Source: Chiloscyllium plagiosum
Lineage: Eukaryota
Reading direction: 5' to 3'
Assembly: GCF_004010195.1 (NCBI RefSeq)
Contig: NC_057729.1
Span: 58,971,335-59,035,334 of the forward strand
Length of the DNA stretch: 64,000 nt
Shown here: positions 27,660 through 40,865 of the stretch, piece after piece
Numbering within the stretch: the stretch's first letter is position 1
How the letters are laid out: each line of letters opens with the position of its first letter
Notes under the pieces: generated by a model
What the model was told of the DNA's origin: nothing
What the model saw: only the letters and a program-made list of their open reading frames with translations
Database searches by the model: none
Position numbers and translations under genes: made by a program

Positions 27660-28770
27660 GGGCCACTACATGGGAAGTAAGCAAGATGAAACAGATTTAG
27701 TTGTTCAATATATTCCAGAGTAGTGCAGCAGTGAAAGAATGGCAATGTTGGGATAGTGAGTGGTTCCGAGAGGTATTTTCAGGTGGTGGTGTTCCCTTGT
27801 CCTTCTAAATCGAAATAGTTGTGGGTTTGGAATGTGCTGTGTAAAGGAGCCCTGGTGAATTTCTGCAGTGCATCTTGTAGTTAGTACGCACTGCTGCTTC
27901 TGATTATGGAGTGAGTGAATATCACAACATCCACAAATAGGTGGGCTGCTTGTCTTGGATGGTGTTAAGTTTTTTGAGTGAGTTGGTGCTGCACTCATCC
28001 ATGCAAATGAGAAGTATTCCATCACACTCCTGACTTGTGTCTTGTAGATGATGGACACGTTGTGAGGAGTTAGGAGGTGAGTTACTCACTTTCCCTGGAG
28101 CGTCAGAGGCTGAGGGGTGACCTTATAGAGGCTTACAAAATTATGAGGGGCATGGATAGGATAAATAGACAAAGTCTTTTCCCTGGGGTCAGGGAGTCCA
28201 GAACTAGAGGGCATAGGTTTATGGTGAGAGGGGAAAGATATAAAAGAGACCTAAGGGGCAACGTTTTCACACTGAGGGTAGTACGTGTATGGAATGGGTT
28301 GCCAGAAGAAGTGGTGGAGGCTGGTACAATTGCAACATTTAAGAGGCATTTGGATGGGTATATGAATAGGAAGGGTTTGGAGGGATATGGGCCGTGTGCT
28401 GGCAGGTGGGACTAGATTGGGTTGGGATATCTGGTCGGCATGGACGGGTTGGACCGAAAGGTCTGTTTCCGTGCTGTACATCTCTATGACTCTATGCTGT
28501 ATTCCTAGCCGCTGTATTCATATGGCCAGTCCAGTTGCATTTCTGGTCAATGGTAACTTCCAGGATGTTGATAGTGAAGGAATTCCATGATGGCAATGCC
28601 GTTGACTGTCAAAGGGTAATTATTAGATTATCTCTGATTGGAGATGGTCATTATCAGGCATTTGTGATTGCTACTTTCCTCTTTTCAGACCACGCCTAAA
28701 TATTGTAGTACTTGGACTGTTTCAGTATATGAGTTGTCATGAATGGTGCTGAATTGTCGGGGGATAATAG
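27660..28770 (-). mobile_element. Older non-LTR LINE (CR1/L2 group) interrupted by a + strand CR1 3' fragment at 28090-28495
   Basis: IYKTQVRSVMEY...AWMSAAPT RT-thumb peptide; nested ORF 28077-28415. Confidence 0.7.
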
Positions 28771-30134
28771 CAGTTAGTGCTGAGCCTCCAGCTTTATTCA
28801 TGGGACATTTCAAAATTTTTGTAAATTGAGATTTGTAGTGAGGACAATGCAGAGGCTGTCAAAGAAACTCTTCAACTGCAAGTGAAGGAACTCTGAAAAG
28901 GAAAGGCAAGTTTGAAATTACTCCTCTTCAGCATGAAAAGGAATAAAGAATATTGGAAGTCAGAGATTATGAAGTTGTTTAGTGTTGAAATGAGGACAGC
29001 ATAAAGGCTGTAAAAAAAAATTTGTTTTGAGGAGCTCAGTAGCTCAAAGCAATTATTTTAAAGTCAAGGATGTGGAGAGAAAATAGAAAAGTATTAATCT
29101 GATTTTAGTAATGCAGACACGCCTATCCCAACTGTGGCAAAATGGGACCGTGGGATAGAACACGCCAACGTGGTTTAGGGGTACAAGTAGGCCAATCGGC
29201 CCCTCGAGCCTGCTGTACCATTCTATCTGATCATGGGTGATGTGATTATATTCCTGCCTATCCCTGATCACTTTCAACTCTTAGTTTATCAAGTATCTAT
29301 CTACATTTGCCTGAAAATGTTCCAAGACACACTTTTTTAAAAAAGAATTCCAATGATTCACAGCTCTCAAGAAAAAAAAACTTCCTTTTTTGGGGAAATC
29401 CTTCGTTTTTAAACAGTGATTTCCAGGCATAGATTCTCCAAGAAAAGTAAATACCCTTTTCACAAGATCCCACAGGACATTTTTATGCTTTAAGTTGTCT
29501 TAACTCCAGCAGATATAATCCTAATATGGCTAATCACTCCGGTTACCCAGGTACAAGACCCGTTATCCATTCCAGATATCTCTCTGAGAACTTTCCCTGA
29601 TCTGCCTCCAATGAATCTACAATATTCCTTCAATAAGATGACAGTTACTGTCCACAGTATTCCAGACATGGTCTCAATGCCTTTGTAATTGAAGCATCGT
29701 TTCATTTTTTATTTGACTCACCCCATGATAAGCTATAACATCCCATTGGATTTCCTAATTATTTATTGTATTCACTTAATAACTTTTTGCAATTCAGGCA
29801 TGATGACACTCTGATCCCTCTTCATTGCAGACCTCTGTAATTTCTCACCATTTAGACAATACATGTCGCTATTTTTGTTCTTTCTGCCAATATTTTACAT
29901 ATTTGCAACACAAAGTGGACTAGAGAAGTTTCACCAGCAATGCCTCATCCACATCCTCCAGAGCCAATGGTAAGATTATTCCACAAATACTAGTGTCCTC
30001 CTTGAAACCAATTCTACAGGCATTTGGGCAGAATTCCCACAATACCAGCTACAAAGGACTGGACACTGTCAGCCCAAATGATCGAAAAGTGTCTCTACCA
30101 TGAGGTTGTCTTTTCTCAGCTCTCAGTTTGCTAG

Positions 30135-30360
30135 TATTAGATTAGATTACTTAGTGTGGAAACAGGCCCTTCCATGGCCAATTCACCTAACCTGCACATC
30201 TTTGGACTGTGGGAGGAAACCGGAGCACCCGGAGGAAACCCACGCAGACACGGGGAGAACATGCAAACTCCACACAGTCAGTCGCCTGAGGTGGGAATTG
30301 AACCCGGGTCTCTGGCGCTGTGAGGCAGCAGTGCTAACTGCTGTGCCACCGTGCTGCCCA
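30135..30360 (-). mobile_element. HE1/V-SINE (internally deleted)
   Basis: V-domain and (ATTAG)n tail. Confidence 0.9.
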
Positions 30361-30424
30361 CCAGTGAAGGACAAAGAAAGCACATACCGGAACTTCAAGA
30401 GAATCTGGGGGCAGATATAAGTGT

Positions 30425-31210
30425 CATGGCCATCTCTAAGGAGGGGGTGCTGGGGAAACTGAAAGGTCTGAAGGTGGATAAGTCACTTGAACCTGATGGA
30501 CTGCATCCAGAGTTCCGATGAAGATAGCTGAGGAGATTTTAGAAGCATTGGTGGTGATCTTTCAGGAATCATTGGAACCAGGGAGGGTCCCAGAGGAGTC
30601 ATAGATTCATAATCGCACAGAAACAGACCATTCGATTGAAACAGACTATTCGATTAAACCAGTCCATGCTGACCATAATCCCAAACTAAACTAGTTCTCC
30701 CCTTGCCCCCTTTTCCCTTGGCCCATATCCCTCCAAGCATTTCTAGTTCATGTACTTACCTAAATGTCTTTTAAATGTTGTAACTGTACCTGCATCCACC
30801 ACTTTCTCTGACAACTCATTCTACACATAAACAGAGAATGGTTCAAAAAAAAAGTTACCACCTCATGTGCTTTTTCAGTCTTTCCCCTCACCTTAAAAAT
30901 GTGCCCCCTTGTTTGGAATGCCCCCACCCTGGGGAAAAGACCCTTGCTGTTCACCTTCTCTATGCCCCTCATAATTTTATAAACCTCAATGAGGTCACCT
31001 CTCAACTTCCTAAGCTCCAGTGGAATAAAAAGATCCCAGCTTTTCAAGTCTATTTTTATCTTGCAAATGCTCCATTTCTGGCAACATCCTGGTAAATCTT
31101 TCCTGAACCCTCCGTTTAATAACATCCTTGCTCTAAGCTGGAAAATGGCTAATGTCCCAGCCCTGTTTAGGAAGGGAGGGAGGCAGAAGATGGAAGTTAC
31201 AGACTGGTTA
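30425..31210. mobile_element. + strand CR1 RT fragment interrupted by a - strand CR1 3' fragment (~30600-31100)
   Basis: KVDKSLEPDGLHP...VPE then WKMANVPALFRKGGRQK resumes after the insertion. Confidence 0.7.
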
Positions 31211-32344
31211 GTCTGTGAAGATCTCCTTGATGCATGGCATATTAACATGGATGACTGAGAGGAGCTTTCTACCAATCATTCAAAATGACAACAGCTGATC
31301 CATCAAACTGCTGTGAGCCCAAATGTCTTTATGAGATGGAGCAATTAATGAGGAGGAAAGAACACCATCCTGTCCTCCAGATTCCAGTACATCATGAGAC
31401 TTTATGTCCCACGCCTCAGAAAATCTGTGGGCTGGGAGTCAGCCTGTTCACTCACAGGCAAAAACATTTTAAATTGAAAGAAAGCCACTTACACAAAGGA
31501 ACATAAATTAATGACATGGGGGACACTAATTAGGAATTGACTTATGTCCACAACTCATTACACAACTTGTACACAATTACTACAGTGAACTACAATAGGA
31601 ACAATGTTGGCAAATTGTTACTTATAAATTACACAACACTGCATTCAAGAGTGACAGCATTTCAAAGGCATTTAATTGGTTGTACTGTACTTTTAGAGGT
31701 GCTTTTTTTAAAAAAGTTCATTCATGGGACATAGGCATCACTGGCTAGGCCAGCATTTATTGCCCATCCCTAAATGCCCAGACAGCAATTATTGCTCTCC
31801 CTCAGGAGTGATGTATAGGCCAGATCAGTAAGGACAGCAGATTTCTTTCCATTAATGATCCCGATGGGTTTATCTGACAACGGATTCATGGTCATCATTT
31901 GACTCTTAATTCCAAATTTCTTTGTTGAATTCAAATTCCACCAGTGGCCATGGCAGGCTTTGAACCTGACGCTCCAGAACATTACATGGTCAGCATGGTG
32001 GCACAATGGGTAGAAACAAAATTGCTGGAAAAATAGGTTTTGCGTCATGATTTAGAACGCATTTCAGCTCCAGTGAACCTCCTTCAGAACTGAAATGAAG
32101 GAAGGATCACTGGATTTGAAACATTAACTCTGATTTCTCTCCACAGATGCTGCCAGACCTGCTGGGCTTTTCCAGAAATTTCTGTTTTTGTTTCTGATTT
32201 CCAGCATCTGTATTGCTTTCTGGTTTTTTGTTTGACACAGTGGTAAGCTGGGTCTCTGGATTAATAGTCATACAGCATCGAAACAGACCCTTTGGTGTAA
32301 TTCATCCGTGCTGGCTAAGTTTTCCAAATTAAACTAGTCTAGTG

Positions 32345-32404
32345 TTTTTCCAGCACCACATTTTTCAACTCTGGTCTCCAGCATCTGCAGTTCTCACTTT
32401 CTCC
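32345..32404 (+). mobile_element. PLE 3'-end short insertion, 15-bp TSD
   Basis: TAAACTAGTCTAGTG at 32330-32344 and 32405-32419. Confidence 0.8.
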
Positions 32405-32489
32405 TAAACTAGTCTAGTGACGATACCACATTTCCTCCCCAAATTTGGAGCAGAACAAGAAATATAATCTTCAGATGTGAATCTAGGCT

Positions 32490-33995
32490 GAGGGTTGATA
32501 GTGAAAGAAGTGAATATGAGAACAAAGAAATAGCTGAGGAACTGGTTAATAACTTTGCATCAGTCTTCATGGTGGAAGACACATACCAGAAATGGGGAGT
32601 CGGGGGACGGATGAGTGTAATGATCATCACCTAAGGGGAAGATGCTAGGACAGTTGAAAGGTCTGAAGGTGGATAACTCACCTGGAGCAGATGGACTATA
32701 CCCCAGAGTTCTGAAGGAGATAGCTGAGGGGATGTAGGGGGATTGGACAGTGATCTTCAGAAATCACAGGAGTCAGAGAGAGTCCTGCAGGACTGGAAAA
32801 TGGCTGATGTAACACCCCAGTTTAAGGGAGGGAGACAGAAGACCGGAAACTATAGGCCGTTTAGCCTGACCTCGGTTGTTGGGAAGATTTTAGAGTCTAT
32901 TATTAAGAATGAAATTGTGGAGTACTTTGAAGTGCTGAATCAGTGTGACGCCTTCAAGGACAGATAATGCCTGACAAATCTGTTAGAATTCTTTGAGGAG
33001 ATAACAAGCAAGGTAGGCAAAGGAGAGCCAGTGGACAGGATCTATTTGGATTTCCCGAAGGTGTTCTGCAGGGACCTGGACAAAGGAATTGAGGTTACTG
33101 TTGCTAATTTTGCAGATGACTCAAAAGATAAGAGGGACAGGTAGTGTTGAAGTGTGGAGGCTGCAGAAGGATTTAGACAGACTGGGAGAGTGGGCAGAGA
33201 AGTGGTGGATGGAATGCAATGTGGGAAAGTGTGAAGTTGTGCATTTGGGAGGAAGAGTAGAGGCATAGACTTTTTTCTAAATAGGGAAAGGCTTTGTAAA
33301 ACTGAAGCACGAAAGGTCTTGAATTCTAGTTCATGATTCACTTTAGGTTAACATGCAGGTTCAGTTTGTGGCTAAGAAGGCAAATGCAATGTTAATGTTT
33401 ATTTCAAGAGGGCTAGAATACAAGAGTAGAGACATACTGCTGAGGCTGTATAAGTCAGGCTGCATTTGGAATATTGTGAGCAGTTTTGGGCCCTGAATCT
33501 AAGGGGGTGATGTTCTGGTGTTGGAGAGCTTCCCAAGAATGATCCTGGGGATGAAGGGTTTGTTAAGAGGAGTGATTGTGGACTCTGGGTCTGTACTCAG
33601 TGGAGGTTAGAAGGATGAGGGAGGAATTTGATTGAAGCTTGCAGAATACTGAGGGGCCTGGATAGAGTGGACATGGAGAAGATGTTTCCACCAGTAGGAG
33701 AGACGAGGACCCGAGGGCACTGCCTCAAAGTGAAGGGATGACCCTTTAGACCGGAGATGAGGAATTTCTTTAGCCAGAGGGTGGTGCCTCTGTGGAACTA
33801 ATTGCTGCAGAGAGCTGTGCAGGACAAGTCATTGAGTGTATTTAAGACAAGAGATAATTTCTTGATTAGTAAGGGGATCAAGGGTTATAGGGAGAAGGCA
33901 GGGGAATGGGGTTGAGAAACATAACAGCCACGATCGAATGGCAGAGCAAAGTTGATGGGCCGAATGGCCCACTTCTGCTTCAGTATCTTATGTAG
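32490..33995 (+). mobile_element. Decayed CR1 LINE ORF2 with internal deletions
   Basis: DWKMADVTP..GNYRPFSLTSVVGKILES, FADDS and tail. Confidence 0.85.
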
Positions 33996-34289
33996 GTTTT
34001 TTTTAATGCAAGTGTTCAGGGATTTTATAACACATATCTCTGGAGCGGGTGGGACCTGAACCCGAAGTGATTATGAATGTTAGCTGGTCCTTGCTAAATC
34101 AGCATCTGCAGCACAGCTTAGTTTTAGTTCTCTGTTACAGATCTAAATTAATTAAAGAAAGATGCTAAAGAAAGTTACAGACCTGATTCCTAAATGCAGA
34201 AAGGAGTGATTGTGCAGAGTGTTTGAGAACAGGATTGAGGGCCCTGTGTATCATGTATAGTGTTTGGGATTGTGTGTAGAAAGTGCAGT

Positions 34290-34522
34290 GTGGAAGTTGG
34301 GTGTTTGGGGCTATCTGTGACAGTCTCTCTGTGATGATCTCTTTGTCTTTTTGCTATCTTTCTGTGTGTGTCAGTATTCCTTGCCTGTATGTGACACTCT
34401 ATCTCTGCCTGAAACTGTCAGTGATTGCCTGTGACTCTAAGTGTATCTCTCTCTCTCTCTTTCTGTCAGTGTCTTTTTCTCTCCCCATGTGACTGTCAGT
34501 GAATGTCTCTCTCTCTCTCTGT
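34290..34522. repeat. Degenerate (CT)n/(TG)n low-complexity tract
   Basis: Repeated CTGTCAGTG and TCTCTC runs. Confidence 0.7.
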
Positions 34523-34539
34523 GCTCACACCCAAATTCC

Positions 34540-34820
34540 AGCAAGGCGGAATTCCCTGATTCCGGCTACGTTTTCTGATTGACATTGAAATGGATCAATG
34601 GCTGGGATCCCTGTCTGGGAGGTCAGCCAATCACTTTGGGGAGGGTTTGGTGTGTATCAGTCTGGAGCTGGGAGGCGGTTGGTGTGGGAGAGATTCCCGA
34701 TACAGTGTCCCTGAGTACCGCAGTGAGTATCCCACTGAGACACTGACAGCGAGGGTTCCGTCCAGTGTCCCACAGGAGCTGCCCCCTGGTTGATCCCTAT
34801 CGGGCAGGGGGAGATTCCAG
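34540..34820 (+). promoter_or_regulatory. Candidate internal promoter / non-coding first exon of CPNE1
   Basis: Locally GC/CpG-enriched unique sequence with AGCCAATCA (NF-Y) at 34625-34633, GC-box-like GGGGAGGG and GGGAGGCGG, donor-like GCA|GTGAGT at 34723, and kB-like GGGAGATTCC at 34809-34818. Confidence 0.4.
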
Positions 34821-37800
34821 AAAGTCTCTGCTGTTATTGTTGTGTAGCTAAAGTCTGTTGTGTTCTTTTTTGTAATGTTATGGTGTTGTTGAGAAATGCT
34901 GCAAAGTGTGAGTGAATTGCTGCTGACGGGGTGGAGTAATGCCTGCAGGGGTGGGGGACGCTGTGTATTCAGCACTGTCCTGGCTCTCGGGCACAATTAG
35001 CTCGACCTTCTGCACAAACCGAGCTTGTTTCTGAAGTGGGGGTTGTGTCTGATTGAAATGGAGAAGGCATACAGCAGCAGTGAAACATTTAGTGAAACTT
35101 GGATTCTCGGGATTGTTATGCCAGTAAGATTGTTACCACGGTGCACCCAGTTTGTTACAGCTGGAACTTGTAGCAGCCTGTCGTACATAGTGCTCCACCC
35201 TCCTGTGTACTGAGTACTCTGAAAAAGGGTCACTGGACTCGAACTGTTTCTCTCTCCACAGATGGTGCCAGAGCTGCCGAGTTTCTCCAGCAATTTGTTT
35301 TCGTTTCAGAACTACAACGACCACAACCCTTTTTTTTTATTTTACTGATTTCAAAATGTTCTCCTGTTTTCTCCATGATCTAATTCCTGTGGCTCCCTTC
35401 TCCTCAAGGTCCACACTCTGATTTCCATTTGCTTACCAACTTCCCTTGAGACAGAAGATTTGCCTTCAGCTTCCACTTAGCACAGTCCAGGTTGACACAC
35501 TGGCACTACTGAGGGAGTGCTGCACTGTCAGCAATACAGTCTGCCTGCTGAGATTTTAAGCCATGTCCTTCTCTGCCCCTTCAGCTGGATGCTAAAGATT
35601 CCACAGCCATTATTGGAAGAACATGACAGCTCCACATGCAAATTAGCAGCCATGTTTGTCTACATATGTGACTACATTGAATGTATTTCATTGAAACATA
35701 GGAATCAGGAGCAGGAATACAGCATAAGTGACCAACACTGTCCACAGTCCTCTAGGTATGGTCTCATCAGGCTCTATAATTGAAATATCACCTCCTACTT
35801 CCATATTAATTTCCCCTCTCAATAAATAACATCCTGTTAGCATACCTAATTACTTCTGGTGCCTGCATACTAACCTTACGCAATTTAAGCACGAGGATAC
35901 CCAGGTTCCTCTGCATCTCAGCTGTGCAATCTTATATTATTTAGATAATATGCTGTTTTTAGTCTTCTGCCAAAATGGACAAGTTTGCATTTTTCCACAT
36001 TATGCTCCCATCTACCATGGTTTTGCCAGCTCTTGTAACCTGTCTTTACAGCCTCCTTTATGGCCTGTTCACAACTAGGTTTCCAATGAATCTTCGTCAG
36101 CAAATTTCAAAAATGATTCATTGGTTGTGTTACCAAGAGGGTGTGGAAGGTGTTTTATTATTTGAGCTGCTTTTATTGTTAAAATCCTTTTAAAGGAGTT
36201 TTCAAAAATGATCAAGTACTTCTTTTTGTCACCACCTGAATGTTTCATACGTTTTGCGTTGTGTTCACTAAGTCTCCGAGAATATGCTATGGGTTGTTAA
36301 TCCTCCAAAAAATGCTGAGCAATTTAAAGAATCTCAAAACCATAGGAGATGATTCAGCCCGTCATTCCTGTGTTACCCCCTTTTTTGGGGGCAAACTGAT
36401 TAATTCTCCTGTGCTTCCTCTTTGTAGCACAGTAGTTTTTTTCTCCCTTCAAGTTTTTATCTGTTGCCTATTTTGAATGTTCCTCATATCCTTTGCATTG
36501 CAGGTTAATGAACAAATGGTTGAGCAGTGGTTTGTCAGATATTTTGGTATTTCTGAATCACAGTCACCTTTTAAATCTGAAACCTATTATCCCATGTTCC
36601 CTAGTTCAGCCCAGCAGCCTGAGTGCATGGTTTGAGAACTAATTATGTGTTTACCGTAATTGAGATTCTTTCCCTTCTAACTTTATCCTTAAGACATTGA
36701 GCACAGTAAACTAGTTGTAAGCAATGTAATTTTTTTTTAAAAAGATGTTTCCAGTTACTGGTTTACCTCCGTTGCCAATTCCTCATACTTTGAATAATGA
36801 ATCTGTCAGACATTTTGTGTAGGAGTCTCTTTGAAGACAGGCAGTGAGTAATGCAGTATCAACAGGGCGTGCCCGTTTTGTCTGCTCATCGCTGTTTTGA
36901 ACTGTGTATGACCAGATTAATCCATGCAGCATAGGACTCTGGAGCGAAGTTTAGAGGGTATTTTACAAATGGGAATTGGCCTGTAAATGTTGTTGATGTG
37001 CAAGGTGCAACTGTGATGATTGTGTGGAGTTCTGATAAGGCTTTTGGCAGGATTTATAATGGAGGAAGGGGGTCTAGGTTTGCAGAGCAAATTATTGCTC
37101 TCTACTGATTGTGACCTGATCTGCAAGGAAATTAATAGAAAAAAAGCAGATGACCAAATAATTACTTTGGCTGATCTCTGCATTCCGAAAACTAGTCTAC
37201 ATAGCACAGTTGAGTGACTTGCAGTTTGACTTTAGGATCCAGTTTCACTGGTGTTTTTCAAGGGGAGGAATCACAATGAGTTATGAGACTGGATCTTCAA
37301 TGTTCATTTAATGGGAGTCAAGCTGGGACATTACACTAGTGAAGCTGTCCTGTATGGTTTCTGGAGCCTGTTCCCTGGCATGGTCTGTTGGACAGAGCGG
37401 GAGGGAGCTTGCTGTCATTAAATGTTGTGTTTTCTCAGGGTTGCTGACTTACCCAGCTGTTTGTTTTATCTATTGACTCCTGATTTGAATCTGCAGTTTT
37501 ACATTGTTGATTTAATGTTTCACTTTGAAGTGCAGGTTGAGCAGTCTCAAATCTCCAAGCTTATTTTAGAGCCCTCACCATAAAGTGCCTTCTTTTTCAT
37601 CTGCCAAGGCCTGGCTTTGGGTGTTTCACTTTGGATGTGTGCTGGGTCTCAGCTTTTCATCATATACACCACTAACAGAGAAATGGAGAGTTTTAGTTCC
37701 AGGTTTTTAGTTGACACGAAAATATTAAAGATAAAATAAGGTGTGTCAGTGGAGAGCAGCAAATTACAAAGTACAGAAAGTGAATGGGCAAAATTGCAGA

Positions 37801-37949
37801 AATTAAACTTCAACATGGGATGGGAGTTTTGAGGGAGAATGTGGACCATCCATTTTGGATCCAAGAAAGATATTTTGGAATATATTTTCGTGTTGAGAGA
37901 CTAGTTGCTGTGAAAGTACAATGGAATTCACTGTCCATCATAAACTATG

Positions 37950-38160
37950 ATTTGGAGGTGCCAGTGTTGGACTTGGGTGGACAAAGAAATCACATGACTC
38001 CAGGTTATAGTCCAACAGATTTGTTTGAAATCTCAAGCTTTCAGAGCACTGCTCATTTGTCAGAAGACTTCACCTGATGAAGGGACATCACTGTGAAAGC
38101 TTGTGATTTCAAATAAGCCTGTTGGACTATAACCTGGTGCTGTGTGACTTCTGACTTCAA
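37950..38160. mobile_element. Inverted PLE-derived element (family C)
   Basis: CCAGGTTATAGTCCAACAG / CTGTTGGACTATAACCTGG inverted arms; CTGATGA...GAAAGCTT motif. Confidence 0.7.
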
Positions 38161-38472
38161 AACCTAATGAACAGGTAGGAAAAAAATCCACATGGCCATG
38201 TGAAAGTAGCTGAAAATCTGGAAAGGGTGGAAATGATAATGTTTTAGCTGCGCAGAGCCTCAGACAGATCATGTCTGGAGACCATAAACTCTCGGAGAAG
38301 TATTAGGCCATTCGGCCCATCGAGTCTGCTCAGCATTTGATCATGGCTGATATGTTCCTCAAGGAGTAAGGTGTTTCATTCCCATCACTGACCTTAACAT
38401 GGGTGGATTAACCTTCTGAGGTCAATACTCCTGTAGGTACAATGCAGATCCACCAGAACAACACTGGGCTTA

Positions 38473-38760
38473 AGATTAGATTAGATTACAGTGTGGAAAC
38501 AGGCCCTTCGGCCCAACAAGTCCACACCGCCGAAGCGCAACCCACCCATACATTTACCCCTTACCTAACACTACGGCCAATTCACCTAACCTGCACATCT
38601 TTAGACTGTGGGAGGAAACCGGAGCACCCGGAGGAAACCCACACAGACACTGGGAGAACGTGTAAACTCCACACAGGCAGTCTCCAGAGGCGGGAATTGA
38701 ACCCGGGTCTCTGGCGCTGTGAGGCAGCAGTGCTAACCACTGTGCCACCGTGCCGCCCAT
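38473..38760 (-). mobile_element. HE1/V-SINE, young
   Basis: Near-consensus head, V-domain and tail. Confidence 0.9.
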
Positions 38761-39767
38761 ATGGGTTAGAGTTTTTGAATGGTTGGTGGAGTGGGCCATC
38801 AGTCATTTCACATTCTTATTGAGTGAGGCAGTTTCTCTCACGGACTAAATTGGGGTCTCCTGCTTGCACCAGTGAAATGGGTATTCCTCAGGTGAATCTA
38901 GACAATGGATGTCTCTGTATGTTGTTAGCTAGTGGATACTACATCTCTCTCGCTCTCACTATTCTTTCCTCTTGTCTGTGAAGTTTGAGGCTTTAAGTTA
39001 GCTCATTCTTGTCATCCCTCAACTGTGTTTGGACATTCGAAAGTCGCACAGCCCCTCAGAATTGAAACTGTTCACTCTAAAGAGTGCTGCTTTGTTTAAT
39101 ATATAGGCACACTCTAAGGCCCATCATAAGCAGCTCCAATAATAATTTCCTGTAAGTGAGCACCCAGAGTTACTTTTGAACTGCTGATCACACCACCTCC
39201 TTGTCCATCAGGAAAGCTGATACCCAGCAAACATACCTGACAGTGGGGAAACACCGGCAGATATCACAGTGCGTTCTAGTCCATACTTGGCTTCAGATAG
39301 AGCTCCTTGAACTTTCACTGGTGGTTTGCAAATGAAGGAAAAACTTGGATTTATGTTCGTAATGTTCACAGCCTCAGGATATAGGCCCATTACCATTGAA
39401 TAGAGATCAGTATAGGAAACGTAATATGAGATTTGTACGTGGCTAGATTCCACAATGTGGGAACCTTCTTAGTAGGTGTACAACCAGGTCAAAGTGCAGG
39501 GAGAAGTATGAGCTGACACTTCAAACAATATGTTAATGACCAGATGACTTTTTAAATTAAAAAAATGAGAGAATGGCAGGTGCTGTAAATCAGAAACAGA
39601 AATTGCTGGAAAAGCTCAGTAGGTCTGGCAACCTCTGTGGAAGGAAATCAGAGTTAACGTTTCAGGTTCAGTGATCCTAAGTTAACTCTGATTTCTCTCC
39701 ACAGATACTACCAGACCTGCTAAGTTTTTCCAGGAATTTCTGGGTTTTTTTCCTCTCTCTGATAATG

Positions 39768-40040
39768 ATTAGATTAGATTCCCTACAGTGTGGAAACAGA
39801 CCTTTAGCCCAACAAGTCCACACTGACCTTCCGAAAAGTAACCCACCCAGACCCATTTCTCTACATGTACCCTGACTAGTGCACCTAACACTATGGTTAG
39901 CATGGCCAATTCGCCTGACCTGCATACCTTTGGGTTGTGGGAGGAAACCGGAGCACGCAGATGCTGGGAGAAATTGCAAACTCCACACACAGTGACCTGA
40001 GGCTGGAATTGAACCTCGGTCCCTAGCGCTGTGAGGCAGC
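39768..40040 (-). mobile_element. HE1/V-SINE
   Basis: Head, V-domain and (ATTAG)n tail. Confidence 0.85.
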
Positions 40041-40069
40041 AGTGCTAACCACTGAGCCAGCCCTGCTGG

Positions 40070-40280
40070 AGTGAAAGCCCTGTTCTTTAAAATAGCGCCT
40101 GGAATAACCTGTCAGACAGGACAGGTGAGGCCTGCATCCAATTTCTCTTCTGAAAGACAGCACTTCCGACAAGGACGGCTCTCCCTCAGTACCATGCAGG
40201 GCATACCTGCCTTGTGTCTGGGCTGGGAATTGAACCCATGACTGCTGACTTGAATCAAGAGCACTGTTTACTAATTTGCA
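40070..40280 (-). mobile_element. Probable DeuSINE (SacSINE1/AmnSINE1-like) remnant; similar pieces at ~35490-35610 and ~47180-47400
   Basis: GAAAGACAGCACTTCCGACA...CTCCCTCAGTAC resembles the Deu domain as I recall it; not verified by search. Confidence 0.45.
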
Positions 40281-40865
40281 GCTGATGCTTAGCCTACATT
40301 ACAATCCAGTCCATCACAGGAAAGCCTGTTGGCTCATGCATAATACATGTTTTGTTAAATAGATCATTGGACTGGTTTAATTAAGAGCAGAAATTGGTGA
40401 TTCAACCTCTTGCGCGGTCTTTTGAGTTAGATGGTGGCCAATCTGTGAGCAATTCCATTAGTCTGCCTTTTGATCCTCCTTCCACAATACCTTTGTGCAA
40501 TGGAAATCCATCAGTCACACCCTTGAATGCTCTCAGTGACCACACTCTGTAGGAGTTAAAATTCCACCTGCCTTTGTGTGGAGATAGGAAGAATGTTTCC
40601 TCCTTAGCTTTGACCTGGTAGTGCATGCAGTCAGAGGTTTCTCACTACTAATTAGTATGAATTATTATGGCAGTAATGTAAAGTTTCTTTCATTTTTCAT
40701 TGCGCGTGAGCAGTAAATACCACTTATTTTAGTGATTTGTGGTTGTGGGTGTCATTGGTGAGACCAATATTTATTGCCAGCCATATTGTCCTTGAGAAAG
40801 TGGTGGTGAGCAGCTGCTTTAAACTGCTGCAGCCCATGTGTTAAAGGTAGACTCTCAGTACTGTT

